Below are positions 60,084 to 64,000 of a stretch of 64,000 nt of DNA, one piece after another. The position numbers and the translations under genes were made by a program. The notes under the pieces were generated by a model. It was not told the DNA's origin. It was given only the letters and a program-made list of their open reading frames with translations, and did no database searches. Each line of letters opens with the position of its first letter. Position 1 is the stretch's first letter. The DNA lies in contig OZ244651.1 in NCBI GenBank assembly GCA_965218695.1, positions 1,984,001 through 2,048,000 on the forward strand, in the 5' to 3' direction. This stretch comes from Nitrosopumilus sp. (GTDB taxonomy: Archaea; Thermoproteota; Nitrososphaeria; Nitrososphaerales; Nitrosopumilaceae).

Positions 60084-61442
60084 CTACCCTTTTGAGTATC
60101 TGGCGCAGTTCCTGACAAACATCTCTGCGTAATCCGAACTGTCAAAATACAGGTGCCCGTATGAGGCAAGCGTGTCATACTCAACCATGCCGTCCCTGCT
60201 GCCGTCAATCCCCCTACCTATATCCATCTTGTATGCAAATCTGGAATCTTGTGAGACTGAGCCTATGCGGGAGTAGTGAAACTCATGCCCGCGAAAACTG
60301 CACGGTCCTGAAGATACGGGAGTGCCGGCAGCAACTATGTTCCCTCTGGTGTAGCCAAGCGTCATCTGTCCTGTCATCTCCGTCTCTGCGTCAAATACGC
60401 CAACCATCCTGTGTCTTTTGCCACCTGACGTGATCTGTCTTGTAAGATACATTAGTCCCCCGCATTCGGCATAGATTGGGAGGCCGTCCTCTGAGAGACG
60501 TTTGATGGTATCCTGCATGGGACGGTTTCCTGCAAGCCTGTCTCCGAGAACTTCTGGAAAACCACCTCCGATGTAGAGCCCGTCGCAGTCAGGCGGCCCC
60601 GCATCTGTGACTGGACTGAAGAACTCTAACGATGCGCCGCAGCGCCGCAGCGCCTCTAGGTTGTCGTGATAGTAAAAGTTAAACGACGCATCAAGAGCCA
60701 CTGCTATCTTGATCTTGGGCTCCTCGTATGTCGGCCTTGCCATGTCTGGCAGGGAGGCAGCACCATGTGCAATCTGTGTTATCCTGTCAATATCTAGGTG
60801 TTGTGACATGGTCTGCGCCACTTTGCTGATCTTGGCGTACAGGGCATCCCTGTCTAGCGTGGAGACAAGTCCCAGATGACGGGATTCCATCTCCAGCGCC
60901 GGATCCCTTGGAATGGTTCCAAGCACCGGAATGCCTGTCTCTTCCAATGCGGTTCTGCATGCCTGCCCGTGCCTGTCGCTGCCAATCCTGTTGAGAATCA
61001 CCCCTGCGATCCCGGACTCCCCGTGAAACATCTTAAAACCTGTGGCAGTTGCTGCAATGGAGCGGGCCGTCTTGGATGCATCCAGGATCAGAACCACCGG
61101 CGTCTTGGTTATGTACGCTGCATGGTGGGTGCTTGCATAGTTCGAGTCACCCCCAAAGCCGTCATAGTAACCCATCACGCCCTCGACTACGGATACATCC
61201 GATGCCGAGTTGCAGATGAAGCTCTCCAGTAGGCGATCCTCGCCCATCAACCAGGCATCAAGGTTGCATGCGTCCTGGCCTGAGATGCTTGAGAGGTAGC
61301 CTGGGTCGATATAGTCAGGACCCACCTTGAATGGCCTGACCGAGTAGCCCTTCTTCTGGAGCGCATAAATTATTGAGCATGTGACTGACGTTTTTCCGAC
61401 TCCACTGCTTGTGCCTGCCAGGACGATTCTGGGAATTTTCAA
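60084..61442 (-). CDS. cbiA: Cobyrinate a,c-diamide synthase
   Basis: SGVGKT, FKVGPDYIDP, EGVMG, SRHLGL, YAECGG, GHEFHYS. Confidence 0.95.
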   Translation of the reverse strand: MKIPRIVLAGTSSGVGKTSVTCSIIYALQKKGYSVRPFKVGPDYIDPGYLSSISGQDACNLDAWLMGEDRLLESFICNSASDVSVVEGVMGYYDGFGGDSNYASTHHAAYITKTPVVLILDASKTARSIAATATGFKMFHGESGIAGVILNRIGSDRHGQACRTALEETGIPVLGTIPRDPALEMESRHLGLVSTLDRDALYAKISKVAQTMSQHLDIDRITQIAHGAASLPDMARPTYEEPKIKIAVALDASFNFYYHDNLEALRRCGASLEFFSPVTDAGPPDCDGLYIGGGFPEVLGDRLAGNRPMQDTIKRLSEDGLPIYAECGGLMYLTRQITSGGKRHRMVGVFDAETEMTGQMTLGYTRGNIVAAGTPVSSGPCSFRGHEFHYSRIGSVSQDSRFAYKMDIGRGIDGSRDGMVEYDTLASYGHLYFDSSDYAEMFVRNCARYSKG

Positions 61443-61791
61443 TCCGTGTGACTAGGTTCGTTTTTTATTTAAACCACATGAATGGCATCTCCCACTCCTG
61501 CACAAATCCCCAAGATCATGGCATGCTACAGGACAGACACTCCCTCTTTGGATGCTGTCATTCCCTGCCAACAGCATACAAAGGCAATACGGAACCTGCA
61601 TCAATACCCGTCAGAAATGTCTGCAGATACAGCATGCGCCAGAAAAAAGATCACACATACTGCAACAACACGGGAATCATGCAGACGATCAGGCGCATGG
61701 AAGATTCCCTCACCTGCGTTCTGAATGGAACCATGAATGATGCAGTCCCGAACCCCCAATCTTTTTAGCAAGACCCATCAAGGGTGATATC

Positions 61792-62325
61792 ATGGAACCA
61801 AACGGCATAACCATAGTATACACCGGAAAGGGCAAGGGAAAGACAACTGCAGCACTGGGAATAGTGTTGCGGGCATCCGGGTATGGGAAAAAAACCTGCA
61901 TGATCCAGTTCATCAAGGGATCCTGGCATTACGGTGAGATGAATTCTGCCAGGAGGCTCGAGCCGGAGTTCGAGATGATTCGGGCAGGTAGCGGGTTTGT
62001 CGGGATTATAGATGACAAGAGCCCCCGGGAGGTTCACGAGATGACTGCAAGACATGCAGTCCAGACCAGCAGGGAGAAGATCCAGTCTGACGCATACGAC
62101 ATTGTTATACTTGATGAGATAAATTATGCCGTGAACCTTGGACTGGTCAACCTTGAGGACGTTCTGGAATTAATCAGTACAAAGCCTGCACGGCTTGATC
62201 TAATACTGACGGGGAATTATGCCCGGGACGAGGTTCTGGACGTTGCGGATCTGGTTACCGAGATGAGGGAGATAAAGCATCCGTTTCAGCACGGCATAAA
62301 GGCAAAAAAAGGCATCGACTTTTAA
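61792..62325 (+). CDS. cobO: Cob(I)alamin adenosyltransferase
   Basis: YTGKGKGKTTAA, QFIKG, LDE, ADLVTEM..KHPF. Confidence 0.94.
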   Translation: MEPNGITIVYTGKGKGKTTAALGIVLRASGYGKKTCMIQFIKGSWHYGEMNSARRLEPEFEMIRAGSGFVGIIDDKSPREVHEMTARHAVQTSREKIQSDAYDIVILDEINYAVNLGLVNLEDVLELISTKPARLDLILTGNYARDEVLDVADLVTEMREIKHPFQHGIKAKKGIDF

Positions 62326-62564
62326 CGGGAGCCATGTGATCCTCAGAAATCATATATGAGACTGCTGCCAACTCCATGCGGTCTGTCCTGTATGGACACA
62401 GAATCCGTTAGAATGCCCTGGTGCCTGCCCCTGATGACCATCTCAGTAGCGAATCGCAAGGAATCCTGCGTGAAATAACGAATTAAACAGCTGACAATGT
62501 AGCCATACCTCACAACGTTACCATCAGACTGCAGCGCATAATTCTGAATAAAGGAGGATTAAAT

Positions 62565-63062
62565 CTACAGTGAGTTGATTATGTCTTCGAATCCGGAGCT
62601 TGACTTTTCGATGAGGCTTGGTCTGCAGTCTTCAATTAGCCTGTCCACCACATCCCTCGTTTTGACGCAATATTTTTCCAGGTCTACAAACCTGATTTCA
62701 ATCAGCTTGTCAGAAACCATCTGGGATAAATATACCGAAACCGTTGATGGTGATTTCCCAACAGCACTTACAATCTCCTTGAATCCCAACTCGTTATTCT
62801 CTATTAATGCAAGCAGTATGTCTCGCGGCGTCTGCCTTCTTAATGCCCTGATTACATTGGATTCTTCCTCTGAAATCTGCGGCGGATAGAATCCTGTCCG
62901 TCTCGGGGTTCTCATAACCTTGACTACGCCATTTTTTTCGAATTTCTTAAGATAATGACTCAAAACTTCGTTTTTCAACCCGGACACCCTCATAATTTCC
63001 CTGAAGTGAATTCCAGGATTGTTCTGAATAATCTCCATCAGCAGCAAATTCCTGTCAGTCAT
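62565..63062 (-). CDS. Tandem winged-HTH transcriptional regulator
   Basis: NPGIHFREI..., second HTH GFKEIVSAVGKSPSTVSVYL. Confidence 0.85.
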   Translation of the reverse strand: MTDRNLLLMEIIQNNPGIHFREIMRVSGLKNEVLSHYLKKFEKNGVVKVMRTPRRTGFYPPQISEEESNVIRALRRQTPRDILLALIENNELGFKEIVSAVGKSPSTVSVYLSQMVSDKLIEIRFVDLEKYCVKTRDVVDRLIEDCRPSLIEKSSSGFEDIINSL

Positions 63063-63228
63063 TTCTGAACACTCCCATTGCCAGCAACCCCAGCGTGCTA
63101 AATACCAACAGATGTCCTATCTCGCCTAGGGGAACATCTCCCAGATCGTAACTGTACGGCCATGTCGCATCAATCAGCAAAACAATTTCTGCTTCAATAA
63201 AACATGTAAAGGCAATTGCGCTTAGCAT
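63055..63228 (-). pseudogene. C-terminal remnant of a membrane protein, probably cut by the adjacent IS
   Basis: MLSAIAFTCF...LGLLAMGVFRND*; two TM helices, stop overlaps the wHTH start, 5' end abuts the IS. Confidence 0.6.
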
Positions 63229-63229
63229 T

Positions 63230-64000
63230 AGAACTTATGAGTAATTCCCTCACCTCACATCGATAAATTTAGATCAGGCACGATCGCGTCTCACATCAAA
63301 TGCCAGATTCGCCTGATCAGATTATACGCAAGTTGGAACGGGAAAACAAAAAGCTAAAAAAGATTCTAAATTAGAAAGACGGGGAACTGGAGAGGAAAGA
63401 CGGGGAACTGAATCTCGAACGCGGCCTGTGGAAGAGCAGGGACACCGCATCGAACAGGGACGCCGACGGAAACGGGATGCTGCACCGGATCGAGGTTTTT
63501 GACGAAATAATCGGCAGCAAGACCAAGATTTACCGGGCCACGCTGAAAGACAAGGAAAAGTTCCAGTTCATGCTGGAGCATGCCAAGGAATTCATGAAGG
63601 ATTCTGGCCAGATGCCGCTGTTTCGCGACGACGACTCCAGAAGGTCCGATCCCGGAAACCGCTGCAAGCTGCACCTGAGGCACGCCCTGCTCATGGCGCT
63701 GATGCACAAAAAGGACAACATTACCCAGGGCGTGCTTGGCGCAGTCTTCGGGATAGACCAGGCCGCCGTGTCGCGGTACCTTAAGGTGCTCGACGCGATG
63801 CTGGAAGGGGTTCTTCCCACGGCAGACAAGATATCAAAAGAGATAGCAGCTGCCCCCACCAAGGAAGAGTTCAAGAAGATCGTGCCCGGGCCCGACGGGG
63901 GCGAGATATTCGCAGACGGCACGCACTGCCCCGTGCAGCGCCCGTCCGAAAGGACGGTCAGGCGCATGAGATACTCTGGCAAGAAAAAAAAGTTCACCAT
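63230..64000 (+). mobile_element. IS5-family (ISL2-like, DDE_Tnp_4) element, truncated by the window end; transposase from 63300 has an in-frame TAG at 63372
   Basis: Hand translation: HTH TQGVLGAVFGIDQAAVSRY, then DGTHCPVQRP...YSGKKKKFT; left end approximate. Confidence 0.85.

Noticed and set aside
61443-61790. Long spacer between cbiA and cobO as a possible regulatory RNA
   Set aside because: No convincing helices, repeats or riboswitch motifs found by eye

Overview
Archaeal chromosomal window from an ammonia-oxidising archaeon (Nitrososphaerota/Thaumarchaeota, Nitrosopumilaceae-like gene set). It spans the replication origin: cdc6/orc1, ORB repeats, both PolD subunits and GGGP synthase. 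It also carries two TFB paralogs, an hsp20-cdc48 operon, two ESCRT-III/CdvB paralogs, and genes for sulfate activation/reduction (sat, cysH, cysC, cysQ), preQ0/archaeosine precursors (queE, folE, queC), the archaeal mevalonate pathway (AcnX pair) and anaerobic cobalamin synthesis. Five insertion sequences are present (2x IS66, IS5-like, IS630 and a truncated ISL2-like IS5). Four have readable terminal inverted repeats and target-site duplications. Together with long spacers, several frameshifts and a mid-range GC content (judged by eye), this suggests a host-associated lineage (inference). The most interesting unexplained signals are: (i) a promoter-driven micro-ORF plus three-way-junction RNA at ~28.5-28.7 kb; (ii) a gap-free 56-bp promoter module with a TGT-N12-ACA dyad shared by both CdvB paralogs 20 kb apart; (iii) a second repeated motif (GTTAAC/GTTAAG) in oriC next to three uncharacterised HTH proteins, one membrane-anchored; (iv) a strong, apparently reversed GT/AC strand skew that flips at the origin; (v) a racemase homolog with both catalytic Cys replaced by Ser. 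All calls come from motif recognition by eye; no searches were run.
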